From a virus (lineage: Duplodnaviria > Caudoviricetes), in IMG/VR virus record IMGVR_UViG_3300003937_000325: a stretch of DNA of 64,000 nucleotides. One strand, 5' to 3'. Made by a program: the position numbers and the translations under genes. This document shows positions 37,877 to 47,134 of this stretch, piece by piece (position 1 is the first letter of the stretch; every line of letters starts with the position of its first letter). Under the pieces are notes generated by a model. It did no database searches, was not told the origin of the DNA, and worked only from the letters and a program-made list of their open reading frames with translations.

Positions 37877-39895
37877 ATGATAGAAGAAGTAGACCCAAAC
37901 GAAAAGGGTGGTCGTAACCCTAAAGAAGTGAGTAACTCTAAAACACCTGTGTTAGATAATTTTTCTCGTGACCTAATTAAACATGCTGAACAAGGTAAAC
38001 TTGACCCTGTTGTTGGTCGTGAGAGAGAAATTAATCGTATCGCACAAATCCTTTCCCGTAGAAAGAAAAACAACCCAATTATCATTGGTGAACCAGGAGC
38101 GGGTAAAACTGCCATAGTAGAAGGTTTAGCTATGAAAATTTTTGAAGGTGATTGTCCTCAAAACTTATGTGATAAAAGAATAGTATCATTAGATATGACA
38201 TCTATTGTCGCTGGAACTAAATATCGTGGACAATTTGAAGAAAGATTAAAAGTTATCTTAGATGAGTTATATGAAAACCCTGAAATAATTGTCTTCATTG
38301 ATGAGATACACACTATTATTGGTGCAGGTAACTCTTCAGGTTCGTTAGATGCGTCTAATATATTTAAACCGGCATTAGCAAGGGGTGAACTCCAATGTAT
38401 TGGGGCAACAACTCTTGATGAGTATCGAGAGAATATTGAAAAGGATGGTGCACTTGAGCGTCGTTTTCAGAAAGTAGTAGTTGACGGTGCAACACCTAAA
38501 GAGACATTAATAATTTTACAGAATTTAAAATCAAGGTATGAATTTCATCATAAAGTAAGTTATAGTGATGAATCATTAGAGGCTTGTGTGACCTTAGCAG
38601 ATAGATATATTACTGATAGAGAATTTCCTGATAAGGCAATTGATATTATGGATGAGGTAGGTGCCAGTGCGCAAATCAATGTTAAATTACCTGAAGTTAT
38701 TGAAAAGTTGAAGGAACAAGCATCATCTATAAAAGATGAGAAAATACAAGTCGTGAAATCTCAACAATATGAGAAAGCAGCAGAACTTAGGGATAAGGAG
38801 AAAAAGATTCTAAAGAAATTAGATTCGGAAAAGGTTAAGTTTGAAAAACAAAAGGATGTTACACGTAAACCAATAACTGAAGATATGGTTTATAATGTAG
38901 TTGCAACTATGACTAAAATTCCAGTTAGTCGTTTAAACAATGATGAAAAAGAATCTTTACTAAATCTTGAAGATAATCTCAATACCACAGTAATTGGTCA
39001 AGAATTGGCGGTTCAAAAGATTTCAAAGGCGATACGTAGAAATCGTGTAGGAATTAAAGACCCAAATAGACCAATAGGTTCTTTTATCTTCTTAGGTTCT
39101 ACCGGTATAGGTAAAACTCATTTAGCTAAACAATTAGCTAAAGAAATTTTTGGAGATGAGGATGCGTTAATAAGAATGGATATGTCTGAATATCAAGAAA
39201 AATATACGATGTCTAGACTTATTGGTTCACCTCCCGGATATGTCGGTCATGACCAAGGAGGACAATTAACTGAAGCAGTTAAGAATAAACCATATTCCGT
39301 AGTTTTGTTTGATGAAATTGAAAAGGCTAATAAAGATATATTCTCACTACTCTTACAAATGATGGATGATGGTCACCTTACAGATAGTTTCGGTCGTAAA
39401 ATAAATTTCAAAAATTGTTTGATAATTATGACTTCTAACTTAGGAGTTAAAAAACTTCAAGATTTCGGTACAGGTGTTGGTTTTGAAACAACAAACAGAA
39501 TGTCGAATAATGAAGAAATGAAAAAAGCTCTCCTTCAAAAAGAGTTAAAAAATCATTTTACTCCTGAATTTTTAAATCGTGTTGACGAAGTGGTGGTATT
39601 TAACCCACTAAAAGAAAAAGAAGTTTCACAAATAGTTGAGATTGAATTACTAAAATTAACAACACGTTTAGAAGATATGAACTACAATATCACTATTAGT
39701 GATACGGTTAAAGAATTTATTTCAAATGTTGGATTTGATGAAAAATATGGGGCACGTCCGATTAAAAGAGCAATTCAAGAAAAGATTGAAGACTTAATAT
39801 CTGAAGAAGTTTTACGTGGTACAATCACTGAAGACAAACCATTTGTTCTTGATATGAAAGATGAAGAAGAACTTATTGTAAAGAAAGGGAATTAA
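37877..39895 (+). CDS. clpC: ClpC-type AAA+ unfoldase lacking the N-terminal Clp repeat domain
   Basis: Two ATPase domains ([14 protein letters not shown]; [14 protein letters not shown]), a short UVR-type M-domain (YEKAAELRD) and a GVGF ClpP-docking loop. Confidence 0.9.
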   Translation: MIEEVDPNEKGGRNPKEVSNSKTPVLDNFSRDLIKHAEQGKLDPVVGREREINRIAQILSRRKKNNPIIIGEPGAGKTAIVEGLAMKIFEGDCPQNLCDKRIVSLDMTSIVAGTKYRGQFEERLKVILDELYENPEIIVFIDEIHTIIGAGNSSGSLDASNIFKPALARGELQCIGATTLDEYRENIEKDGALERRFQKVVVDGATPKETLIILQNLKSRYEFHHKVSYSDESLEACVTLADRYITDREFPDKAIDIMDEVGASAQINVKLPEVIEKLKEQASSIKDEKIQVVKSQQYEKAAELRDKEKKILKKLDSEKVKFEKQKDVTRKPITEDMVYNVVATMTKIPVSRLNNDEKESLLNLEDNLNTTVIGQELAVQKISKAIRRNRVGIKDPNRPIGSFIFLGSTGIGKTHLAKQLAKEIFGDEDALIRMDMSEYQEKYTMSRLIGSPPGYVGHDQGGQLTEAVKNKPYSVVLFDEIEKANKDIFSLLLQMMDDGHLTDSFGRKINFKNCLIIMTSNLGVKKLQDFGTGVGFETTNRMSNNEEMKKALLQKELKNHFTPEFLNRVDEVVVFNPLKEKEVSQIVEIELLKLTTRLEDMNYNITISDTVKEFISNVGFDEKYGARPIKRAIQEKIEDLISEEVLRGTITEDKPFVLDMKDEEELIVKKGN

Positions 39896-39905
39896 TTTTC
39901 CCTTT
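39884..39905. terminator. Terminator at the clpC stop
   Basis: AAAGGGAA-TTAATT-TTCCCTTT. Confidence 0.65.
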
Positions 39906-39930
39906 TCTTTTTTATTTGAAGAATAAATTG

Positions 39931-39938
39931 TATATTTG
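39931..39938 (+). promoter_or_regulatory. Bacteroidota sigma70 -7 element
   Basis: TATATTTG upstream of the peptidase. Confidence 0.6.
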
Positions 39939-39957
39939 TACTCTAAATAATAAACAA

Positions 39958-41070
39958 ATGGATAATACACGACTCAATAGACTAAAAGACGTACTATCAG
40001 TACCAACAAAAACGTATCAGGAAGAAAATATGGTACAATACCTACGCGACGTATTGGATGCAATGCCCGATGTTGAGTATTATACTGACGACATGAATAA
40101 TGTCTACGCCACTAAAGGTACTTTAAATGAGGGTGAGTATTATCCAATGTTTATTGCCCACACAGACACAGTACATAGTTTGGTCGATGAAATAGTTGTT
40201 CAAGAAGAATCACTTATCAAACCCAACACCTTTGGACATACTTACGGTGATGAAGAATTTCTATCCCTAAAGGGTTATACACCAAACGGTAGTCCAACAG
40301 GTATTGGTGGAGATGATAAGTGTGGTGTTTTTATCGCATTAGAGCTTTTAAGAGCCCTACCCAAAGTTAAAGTTGGACTATTTGTGTCCGAAGAAACGGG
40401 GTGTCACGGTTCGAGTAAATGTGATATTAACTTCTTGAACGATGTGGGTTATGCGGTTCAATTTGATGCACCTGGAAATAACTTAATTACTGAGGTATGT
40501 TCAGGAACAAGATTGTACGAAAAGGATGGGGATTTTATTAATAAAGCTTTACCACTTTTTAATGAAATTATGGGGGTTAATGCCGACCCACAATCTCACC
40601 CATATACTGATGTCTCTCAGATTAAACGTAAAGGGGATTTTAGTTGTATTAATTTCTCATGTGGTTATTACAATATGCACACAGAGAATGAATTTGTAGT
40701 TGTAGATGATGTTAACAGAGCGGTAGAATTTTCTATTAAATTAGTTAATAGACTTGAAAATAAGAAATATATCTATGAGTACGAAAAACCTAATTATAAC
40801 GACTACGGGACTCTATTTGATGTTAATGATGACGTTTTAGGTGAGTGGGACGACTATGAAGAAGAGACCTATGAATTAGAAAATATCACAGTAACCGATT
40901 ACAAAGAAGGGTTATCAATTGAATCTAAGTTTACTGGTGACGTTATCTATATGGATGAAAGTGAAGTGGGGGAACTCTATGAAATTTTAAGAGAAAAATT
41001 ACTGTCAATGAATTATCAAGACGAACTTGATGAGGCTTCGGCAGAAGGTTCTACAAGATTTTTTAATTAA
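39958..41070 (+). CDS. M28/M42-like zinc peptidase
   Basis: IAHTDTV, GGDDKCG, SEETG, QFD and NMHTENE metal ligands. The likely start is ATG 39958. Confidence 0.85.
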   Translation: MDNTRLNRLKDVLSVPTKTYQEENMVQYLRDVLDAMPDVEYYTDDMNNVYATKGTLNEGEYYPMFIAHTDTVHSLVDEIVVQEESLIKPNTFGHTYGDEEFLSLKGYTPNGSPTGIGGDDKCGVFIALELLRALPKVKVGLFVSEETGCHGSSKCDINFLNDVGYAVQFDAPGNNLITEVCSGTRLYEKDGDFINKALPLFNEIMGVNADPQSHPYTDVSQIKRKGDFSCINFSCGYYNMHTENEFVVVDDVNRAVEFSIKLVNRLENKKYIYEYEKPNYNDYGTLFDVNDDVLGEWDDYEEETYELENITVTDYKEGLSIESKFTGDVIYMDESEVGELYEILREKLLSMNYQDELDEASAEGSTRFFN

Positions 41071-42983
41071 TCCTCAAATGGGTCAAATAATTGATAATTA
41101 GAAATTAACTTCTCTATTGTCGATAATTTGGCCCTTCCTTTTTTAATTTTCCATTGTGGGTTATTTCTACGTAGTTCAAAATCTATTTTATTATCTTCAG
41201 GTTTTATCCCTTTTATTTCTATCGTAACATCACCATTAGGACCATTTAAAGTTTCAACTTCTATTTTTTCGTTAAAACCAAACTTTTTTTCTACCACATT
41301 AAAAATTCTTTTATATTCCTCAATATCTACATAGTCATCAGACTCCTCAATTTTTTCAAGTAACTTATCTAAAGCAGAGTCCATAGGGCTATCAAAATAA
41401 TACTTAAAGGTTTCGTCATCTACGTGTTCATACGCCATATTGTGAGGTTCTTCAACATTCATACTGATATTTTCATCCATATACCACTCTAACATTTCTT
41501 TTAAACTCAAAGATTTACTGTACTCGATATTACTGTCATACATTTTTATTAAATCATCGATTGATACTGAGTATTTATAGAAACATGTATCTTCTAGTTT
41601 AAACCCTTCAGGTTCATATAAGTTACACAACTCATCTGTAAGTGCCTTTTGGACACCTATTTTCATAGATTCGTCTTGAGCGTTACCATACGCATCATCA
41701 AAACTTTCGTAGAAATCGTTATCAAAATTCATTAAAAAATCACCCATTTTGGATAAAGGGAAATTATCATTATCAACTAATGATAAATCGTATAACTCAT
41801 AATAATCCTTTAAATCTTTACCTAACTCTTTGAATTTTTTTAACTTTTCTCTTGATACGTTTGGAGAAGTTTTGAATGAACCTTTAAATTTATCACCAAG
41901 TAATTCAAGTATTTTTTTTAATGTTTTTAGGTGTGATGAATTAAGTGAGTACAAAGGGTACCCTTCTTTGATGTCTTCTTCAAAATTATAACGGTCATAA
42001 TAATAATTATCCATACCGTAAGGTAGTTCAATAGCGTTTGAGTAACTACTAAGTTCATAGTCTTCTAACTGTTCGTTCATTATAGAAAGAAACTCTTCAG
42101 CACCTTCAAATCTAAGGTATACTTGTTCAGTATCCATATAATTAAAATATCGTGCGGTAAGTGTTTGTTTTGAGGCCTTTAATTTACCCTCTTTAACTTT
42201 AATTAATTTTTCGTAATCAGTATTACCTTTAAGTATTTTTTTAAGTACTTCAGAAATCGGCTCAAACCTATCAAGTAAAAAATCTTCACTCCTTTGATTA
42301 TCTTTTTGGTCGTAAATCCAAATATTACCATTTTCATTAATATTAATGGCCATTTTACCTAAAGTTTCGTCACTAGACTGTTTATCAATTACGTAAACTA
42401 ATACTCCAGAATCACCATATCGATTAAAATAACTTCGATTATCTTTAGACGCCGTACACCATTTAGTATTTGCACCATAGTAACATGACGCATCATGACT
42501 ATAAGGTCTTACCACTAAAAATCTACTATCCTCATAAAGTTTATCGGTATCTTTTATGGCCTCTCTTTCTAATTCTCTATCTTTTTTCTTTTTGTCCATT
42601 GCAGATAAGACCGTTTGTAACTCCCAATATGACTTATATCTGTGTATATCTTTAGGAGCACCTTTTATATATGTGTCATTAATACCTGAATGTAATTTTT
42701 TAGCTAAATCAATATCTTTATCAGTAATTGTTAATGATAGGTCGTGGAAAGTATTAATTAAATCTGTAATTTGAGTGATAACATCGGGAAGTGACGCACC
42801 ATCATTAATTTTCATGAATTCAATTACTTGTTTAATAGTCCACTCAGAATACTTCTTAGTGCTCGATGGGTCACTATCAATAATCTTAGATATAAAATTA
42901 TTATCTTTGTATATTGGCTCATCACCATACTTAGAAATAAGATTCTCTTTTTTACCTTCGTTTAATAATGTACTGAATTTCAT
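41067..42983 (-). CDS. Large late protein with a PcfJ-like segment and leader MKFSTLLNE
   Basis: KDIHRYKS...LVVRPYSHDASCYYGANTKWCT. Confidence 0.6.
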   Translation of the reverse strand: MKFSTLLNEGKKENLISKYGDEPIYKDNNFISKIIDSDPSSTKKYSEWTIKQVIEFMKINDGASLPDVITQITDLINTFHDLSLTITDKDIDLAKKLHSGINDTYIKGAPKDIHRYKSYWELQTVLSAMDKKKKDRELEREAIKDTDKLYEDSRFLVVRPYSHDASCYYGANTKWCTASKDNRSYFNRYGDSGVLVYVIDKQSSDETLGKMAININENGNIWIYDQKDNQRSEDFLLDRFEPISEVLKKILKGNTDYEKLIKVKEGKLKASKQTLTARYFNYMDTEQVYLRFEGAEEFLSIMNEQLEDYELSSYSNAIELPYGMDNYYYDRYNFEEDIKEGYPLYSLNSSHLKTLKKILELLGDKFKGSFKTSPNVSREKLKKFKELGKDLKDYYELYDLSLVDNDNFPLSKMGDFLMNFDNDFYESFDDAYGNAQDESMKIGVQKALTDELCNLYEPEGFKLEDTCFYKYSVSIDDLIKMYDSNIEYSKSLSLKEMLEWYMDENISMNVEEPHNMAYEHVDDETFKYYFDSPMDSALDKLLEKIEESDDYVDIEEYKRIFNVVEKKFGFNEKIEVETLNGPNGDVTIEIKGIKPEDNKIDFELRRNNPQWKIKKGRAKLSTIEKLISNYQLFDPFED

Positions 42984-43036
42984 TTAAAACTTTTATAATA
43001 AATAGTATATTAATAGGATAATTGGTTTTAAAGGCT

Positions 43037-43044
43037 TATATTTG
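43037..43044 (+). promoter_or_regulatory. Bacteroidota sigma70 -7 element
   Basis: TATATTTG upstream of the CAP gene. Confidence 0.6.
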
Positions 43045-43048
43045 TTAT

Positions 43049-43564
43049 ATGAAAAAGATACTACTAATATTACTAACACTTATTTCTATCGTAAGTTACT
43101 CACAGGACTTAGGTGAAATACAAAGACATTTACTGAATTTAGTAAATGAAGAAAGAAGTAATAGAGGTTTAAGTACTTTTGTAACCGACACACTAATAAA
43201 TAATGGGGCTAAAATACATACCGATTACTTAAGTACGATAAGAAGTTACAAACAAGTGTCCCACACTAATCCTAACTTAAAATATAAATACCCATCTGAT
43301 AGAATTAAAATTGCAAGTAATTCAAAATATACTAATTCATCAGAAAATGTAACCGCGTTTACCTACGACTCATCTAAAACAGATTTAGAAATCGCTACAC
43401 AAGCTCATAATAATTTTATGAATTCAAAATACCATAAAATGAATGTTTTAACTGAATATGGGGATTATCTTAATGAAGGTTATATATTACCAAGTCACTA
43501 TGGTCACCACGTTGTTTACAATAAAAAATTGAATGCAATTATTGTAGTTCAAATGTTTCCGTAA
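43049..43564 (+). CDS. Secreted CAP (SCP) domain protein
   Basis: Signal peptide MKKILLILLTLISIVSYS/Q; LVNEERSNRGL, AKIHTDYL, SH, SSENV and MNSKYHKMNVL. Confidence 0.8.
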   Translation: MKKILLILLTLISIVSYSQDLGEIQRHLLNLVNEERSNRGLSTFVTDTLINNGAKIHTDYLSTIRSYKQVSHTNPNLKYKYPSDRIKIASNSKYTNSSENVTAFTYDSSKTDLEIATQAHNNFMNSKYHKMNVLTEYGDYLNEGYILPSHYGHHVVYNKKLNAIIVVQMFP

Positions 43565-43576
43565 AATAAATTATAA

Positions 43577-44827
43577 TTAACCCCTTCTTTGATTAGAGAA
43601 CGTAAAGATTATATCTTTTAAATAAGCTACTTTAATCTTCTCACCATCCACCACTGCAGTTCTAACGGCAGATTTAGTAGTAATTTTTGGGGAATAGTAA
43701 CTTATTGGACCATCAGTTGCCGGATTTGGATTTGTAGTCCCTATCATCGGTGGTCGAGTACCTAACATACCAACTAACTTTCCGTCAACTATGAAACCAC
43801 TATCGGTAAGTTTAGCATCTAAGACTCCGTCAAACTCCCAATCAATACCTAACTCATCTGCACGTTCAACACTAAGTGCCAAGTGCCAAGTACCATTACC
43901 GTAACTGTCCCAAACTCTATAACCTTCTCTATATTTACCTACTCCGTCAGCATAAACAGGAACCATCCACTTTGTTGACTCATTCTTAATCTTTTTACCA
44001 GGTGTTTTTTCTCCATCAATTTTTAATTCATTTTTTACTTCATATTGTTCAGCATTTGGTTCTAAAGTAATTTTTCTGAATTCCTCACCTCTTTTATCGT
44101 CGCCTTGTCCGTAGAAGTTATCTCCCTTTTTTACTTTGATTTTTAAATCGAATCCTGTTTCTTCTTTAATTGCGTTAATTAAAGCTTGTGCGTATTGATT
44201 AGCCCTCATATCAGCTAAATACTGATTCATTTCTTTAGGGTCAGTTTTACCGTTATATGGTTTTGCACTTGGGTGGTCTAATTTAGAATAACCACTTGGT
44301 ACCTTTAACGTAGGTGTACCTGAATCGGCACTACCCTTAATTGTTACATTAGTTAATTTATCCCCTCCACCAGCATTTATATATTTAATAAAATCGTTTA
44401 CAATCTTCTTAAACTGTACATTAGCCTCAGGATACTTATCAAAGTAAGGCATAACCATATTATCCGCATATGGAAGACTACTTCCCTGTACGTTATATAT
44501 TGGAATGGTAACTATAACGTTAGGTGGTGTTTCTTTACCTGGTATTTCCTTACCACCACCAACTAACTTAGTTATGTATCTAATGTCATATCTACCTTCA
44601 CCTACATTTACCGCTAATGGATTTGTTGGGTTAACATCAAAGTTAAGTGAACCAGAAACTTCCTGATTCCAATTTTCAGACCTACCCTTCTGTTCATATT
44701 TTTTTCTGTCTCGTCTAGAAAACTTTGTTTTAACACCAGTTAAATCACCTCTTCTCTGTTCTTCAATTACTTGTTTTACGATATTTTCAATATCACCTTC
44801 CGTTAACTTTATATGTCTTTTAACCAT
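43577..44827 (-). CDS. Late protein with an OmpA/MotB C-terminal-like domain and leader
   Basis: VTIKGSAD...MNQYLADMRANQYAQAL...FRKI; leader MVKRHIKLTEGDI...VIEE. Confidence 0.6.
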   Translation of the reverse strand: MVKRHIKLTEGDIENIVKQVIEEQRRGDLTGVKTKFSRRDRKKYEQKGRSENWNQEVSGSLNFDVNPTNPLAVNVGEGRYDIRYITKLVGGGKEIPGKETPPNVIVTIPIYNVQGSSLPYADNMVMPYFDKYPEANVQFKKIVNDFIKYINAGGGDKLTNVTIKGSADSGTPTLKVPSGYSKLDHPSAKPYNGKTDPKEMNQYLADMRANQYAQALINAIKEETGFDLKIKVKKGDNFYGQGDDKRGEEFRKITLEPNAEQYEVKNELKIDGEKTPGKKIKNESTKWMVPVYADGVGKYREGYRVWDSYGNGTWHLALSVERADELGIDWEFDGVLDAKLTDSGFIVDGKLVGMLGTRPPMIGTTNPNPATDGPISYYSPKITTKSAVRTAVVDGEKIKVAYLKDIIFTFSNQRRG

Positions 44828-44872
44828 TTTTAATGTATTTTTATTATAAATAGTTTCTTATTAGAAAAAAAG

Positions 44873-44884
44873 TATTTATATTTG
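44873..44884 (+). promoter_or_regulatory. Overlapping late (TATTTAT) and host-type (TATATTTG) elements upstream of the tmRNA
   Basis: TATTTATATTTG, ending 30 nt before the mature 5' end. Confidence 0.55.
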
Positions 44885-44914
44885 TACCAAGAAACAAATG
44901 TTCTTTGAAAATAT

Positions 44915-45304
44915 GGGGGCGAATGGAATTGATTGGCAGGGTCAGTTATACGGGGCACGTAGTCAAACTTCATCTATGACTTAAATCTATGATGGAAATT
45001 TTTTAGACGGCAACGTACTAAACAAAATGTCAGCTCTAGGTTTACTTAGAACTGAACAAGTAGCTGTAGCGTAAGACGTTAACAGTGAAGAGGGGTCGGT
45101 CAGGACATATACCTTTCAACAGAAGTCCGTTGTGTGGTGGAAAAACGATTAAACCCTAAATTGAATCGTACATCTATTGTTAGTGGAGGATGTAAAAATT
45201 GAACTAAATATTACGGAACATTGTGAACTAATGTTGTCCTAAACGTGTAGTCCTTTATAGGTGGACTGAACAAGACGCGGGTTCGAATCCCGCCGCCTCC
45301 ACCA
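44915..45304 (+). ncRNA. ssrA: tmRNA (SsrA), 390 nt
   Basis: 5' GGGGGCG pairs with 3' CGCCTCC-ACCA with a G3.U alanine identity pair. T-arm GCGGG-TTCGAAT-CCCGC at 45277-45293. Internal tag frame ends EQVAVA-TAA at 45074. Confidence 0.95.
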
Positions 45305-45308
45305 ATAG

Positions 45309-45345
45309 ATGCCAATTAAATTAATTTTAGTTGGCATTTTTTTTT
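45309..45345 (+). terminator. Terminator after the tmRNA
   Basis: ATGCCAA...TTGGCAT followed by a T run. Confidence 0.8.
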
Positions 45346-45372
45346 GATATATGGTAAAAAGGCTTATCTTTG
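45343..45372 (+). promoter_or_regulatory. Bacteroidota sigma70 promoter
   Basis: TTTG-N18-TATCTTTG. Confidence 0.65.
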
Positions 45373-45412
45373 TAGGGTAATCATCAGTAATCACCATAAA
45401 AAAAATATCATC

Positions 45413-46162
45413 ATGACAGTAACAGGAATCAACATCGAAGAAAAAGTAAGAAACTACCAAGGAGCAAACACATTCATTCAAAAATTACAACCATCACTTT
45501 TAAAGTGGGGTCGTCTAACACCAAAACAATACGCAGTGGCAGAAAAACTAATCATGAAAGAAGTACGTTTAGGGGAAGTTAAAATTGAAGAACTACCTAT
45601 GGAGTTAAAGGCTATCGTACAATACACAGGAGAATCTAACTTCGTTAATGACCTAAAAGTTAAATACAAAAAATACCGTCAGTTGACTGAAAAACAAGTT
45701 TCTGCTGGTTACAAAGCGATTGACCGTGAGATTCAAAAAGACTCTCAAAAAGAGTTGAACATAAAATTGGTTGGTAACACAATCAAACTCGGTCGCAAAA
45801 TCGCTCTAAGTATCAAAGAGAACTACGATATGGATTTTCACCCAATCTTAGTTGATGTTACAGAAGTGATGACTATTTCTAACAAAGCCTTCAAATTGAA
45901 AGCTAAACTCACAAAGGACAACGCAGGTATCTGCAGATGTTGTGGACGAACTCTTACTGATGAGATGTCCCAAGTTACAGGTATCGGTCCGGTATGTGCA
46001 GGGTACGTAGGTGTTAAACACCCAAAGAACTCTAACGATGTTGCCAAGTTCAAAGAGGACATGTCCAACAAAATCGATGAAATCGGAGAATTCGAGTTTT
46101 GGATTCCAAAACGAGCAATCATCGAATGGAAAGGGACGGCAGGAGTAATGTTGAGATGGTAG
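45413..46162 (+). CDS. DUF6011-like zinc-finger protein with two internal repeats
   Basis: CRCCGRTLTD..S...GIGPVCA; repeats YQGANTF...LTPKQ and YTGESNF...LTEKQ. The likely start is ATG 45413. Confidence 0.7.
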   Translation: MTVTGINIEEKVRNYQGANTFIQKLQPSLLKWGRLTPKQYAVAEKLIMKEVRLGEVKIEELPMELKAIVQYTGESNFVNDLKVKYKKYRQLTEKQVSAGYKAIDREIQKDSQKELNIKLVGNTIKLGRKIALSIKENYDMDFHPILVDVTEVMTISNKAFKLKAKLTKDNAGICRCCGRTLTDEMSQVTGIGPVCAGYVGVKHPKNSNDVAKFKEDMSNKIDEIGEFEFWIPKRAIIEWKGTAGVMLRW

Positions 46163-46168
46163 AAAGAG

Positions 46169-46199
46169 TGGGGGGAGTGATGACCCCCCATTTTATTTT
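46169..46199 (+). terminator. Rho-independent terminator
   Basis: TGGGGGG-AGTGATGA-CCCCCCA-TTTT. Confidence 0.75.
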
Positions 46200-46942
46200 A
46201 AATCTTCTTCAGTGGGTTCTGTTAATGAATTACCCGCACTCATGTAACGAGTCTGATAAGTATAATCTTCTTTAGTTGCAATAGCATTCAAATTAGACGT
46301 GTAGAGCTCTCTTAAATCTTTTCGGGGGTGAGTAGTCGTAACGGCAGATAAAAACTCGTCAGACACTATTATATTCTTTTTTAAGGTATCTAAATGGTCC
46401 TCCACTAACTTCCTTAACCCCTCTTTATTTAATATGTAAGTATGTGTGTTATAAAAATAGGAAGGTCTTATAAAATGTTCTTTACCTATTTCGTAAGAAC
46501 TATGTATGTTTGGGAAATTTACATGTAATGGATTATGTGACATTAAACATAAGTCCCATTGATAATCGATAAGTTCTTCGAATATAGACCATTGTAATGT
46601 GCCGTCAGTGTCAAAATCATCCTCAAGTATCATTATATTTTCATACCCATTTAAATAAGCGTCTTCCCAACACATAGTATGTGAAATCATACCACCAGCT
46701 TCACCATACGTAGTGGGTCTCTCCCACCAATGCCAATTAGGGTTTAAATCTGAAATATTCCAATTATGGTATAACTCATAACCTAAATCAGTTTCAGTTT
46801 TTAAACGAGTACCTAAAAATGCATCAATAATGAATACTGGAGTGTCGTAAGGTAAAGGTATTTTACTCAACCTGTTGTATAGGTCTTGTATATATTCTTC
46901 ACTATGGTCTAAAGAAATAACATATACTTGGTCTAATTTCAT
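46193..46942 (-). CDS. GT25-family glycosyltransferase
   Basis: VYVISL, SHTMCW, MILEDD and NTHTYIL. Confidence 0.82.
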   Translation of the reverse strand: MKLDQVYVISLDHSEEYIQDLYNRLSKIPLPYDTPVFIIDAFLGTRLKTETDLGYELYHNWNISDLNPNWHWWERPTTYGEAGGMISHTMCWEDAYLNGYENIMILEDDFDTDGTLQWSIFEELIDYQWDLCLMSHNPLHVNFPNIHSSYEIGKEHFIRPSYFYNTHTYILNKEGLRKLVEDHLDTLKKNIIVSDEFLSAVTTTHPRKDLRELYTSNLNAIATKEDYTYQTRYMSAGNSLTEPTEEDLK

Positions 46943-47070
46943 GGAAGTACTTTTTATTATAAAATATATTACTTACGAATAAATTAAAGGATTACCCATA
47001 TAAAATTTAAAGCACCATCACAAAAATACATATAAAGTTTTTAACCACAAAATTATAACACCATTAAAAT

Positions 47071-47099
47071 AAAAAAAGGTACCGTTTCCGATACCTTTT
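47071..47099. terminator. Terminator ending the 52763-47135 operon
   Basis: AAAAGGTA...TACCTTTT hairpin. Confidence 0.65.
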
Positions 47100-47134
47100 A
47101 ATAGATTGAATTACCCCCTTTTTCTTAAAAAAGT

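Noticed and set aside
37877-39895. ClpB disaggregase
   Set aside because: The middle domain is short and UVR-like and a VGF ClpP-binding loop is present, which fits ClpC.
45277-45304. Standalone tRNA
   Set aside because: The T-arm and ACCA end pair with GGGGGCG about 390 nt upstream and there is no anticodon arm; it is the tmRNA 3' end.
45239-45481. Track ORF of 80 aa on the minus strand
   Set aside because: It is antisense to the tmRNA end (WWRRRDSNP is the typical tRNA-antisense translation) and to a real gene.
46943-47134. Possible small RNA or micro-ORF in the 190-bp gap
   Set aside because: Only a terminator hairpin and very short frames (about 15 codons) were found; no supportable structure.
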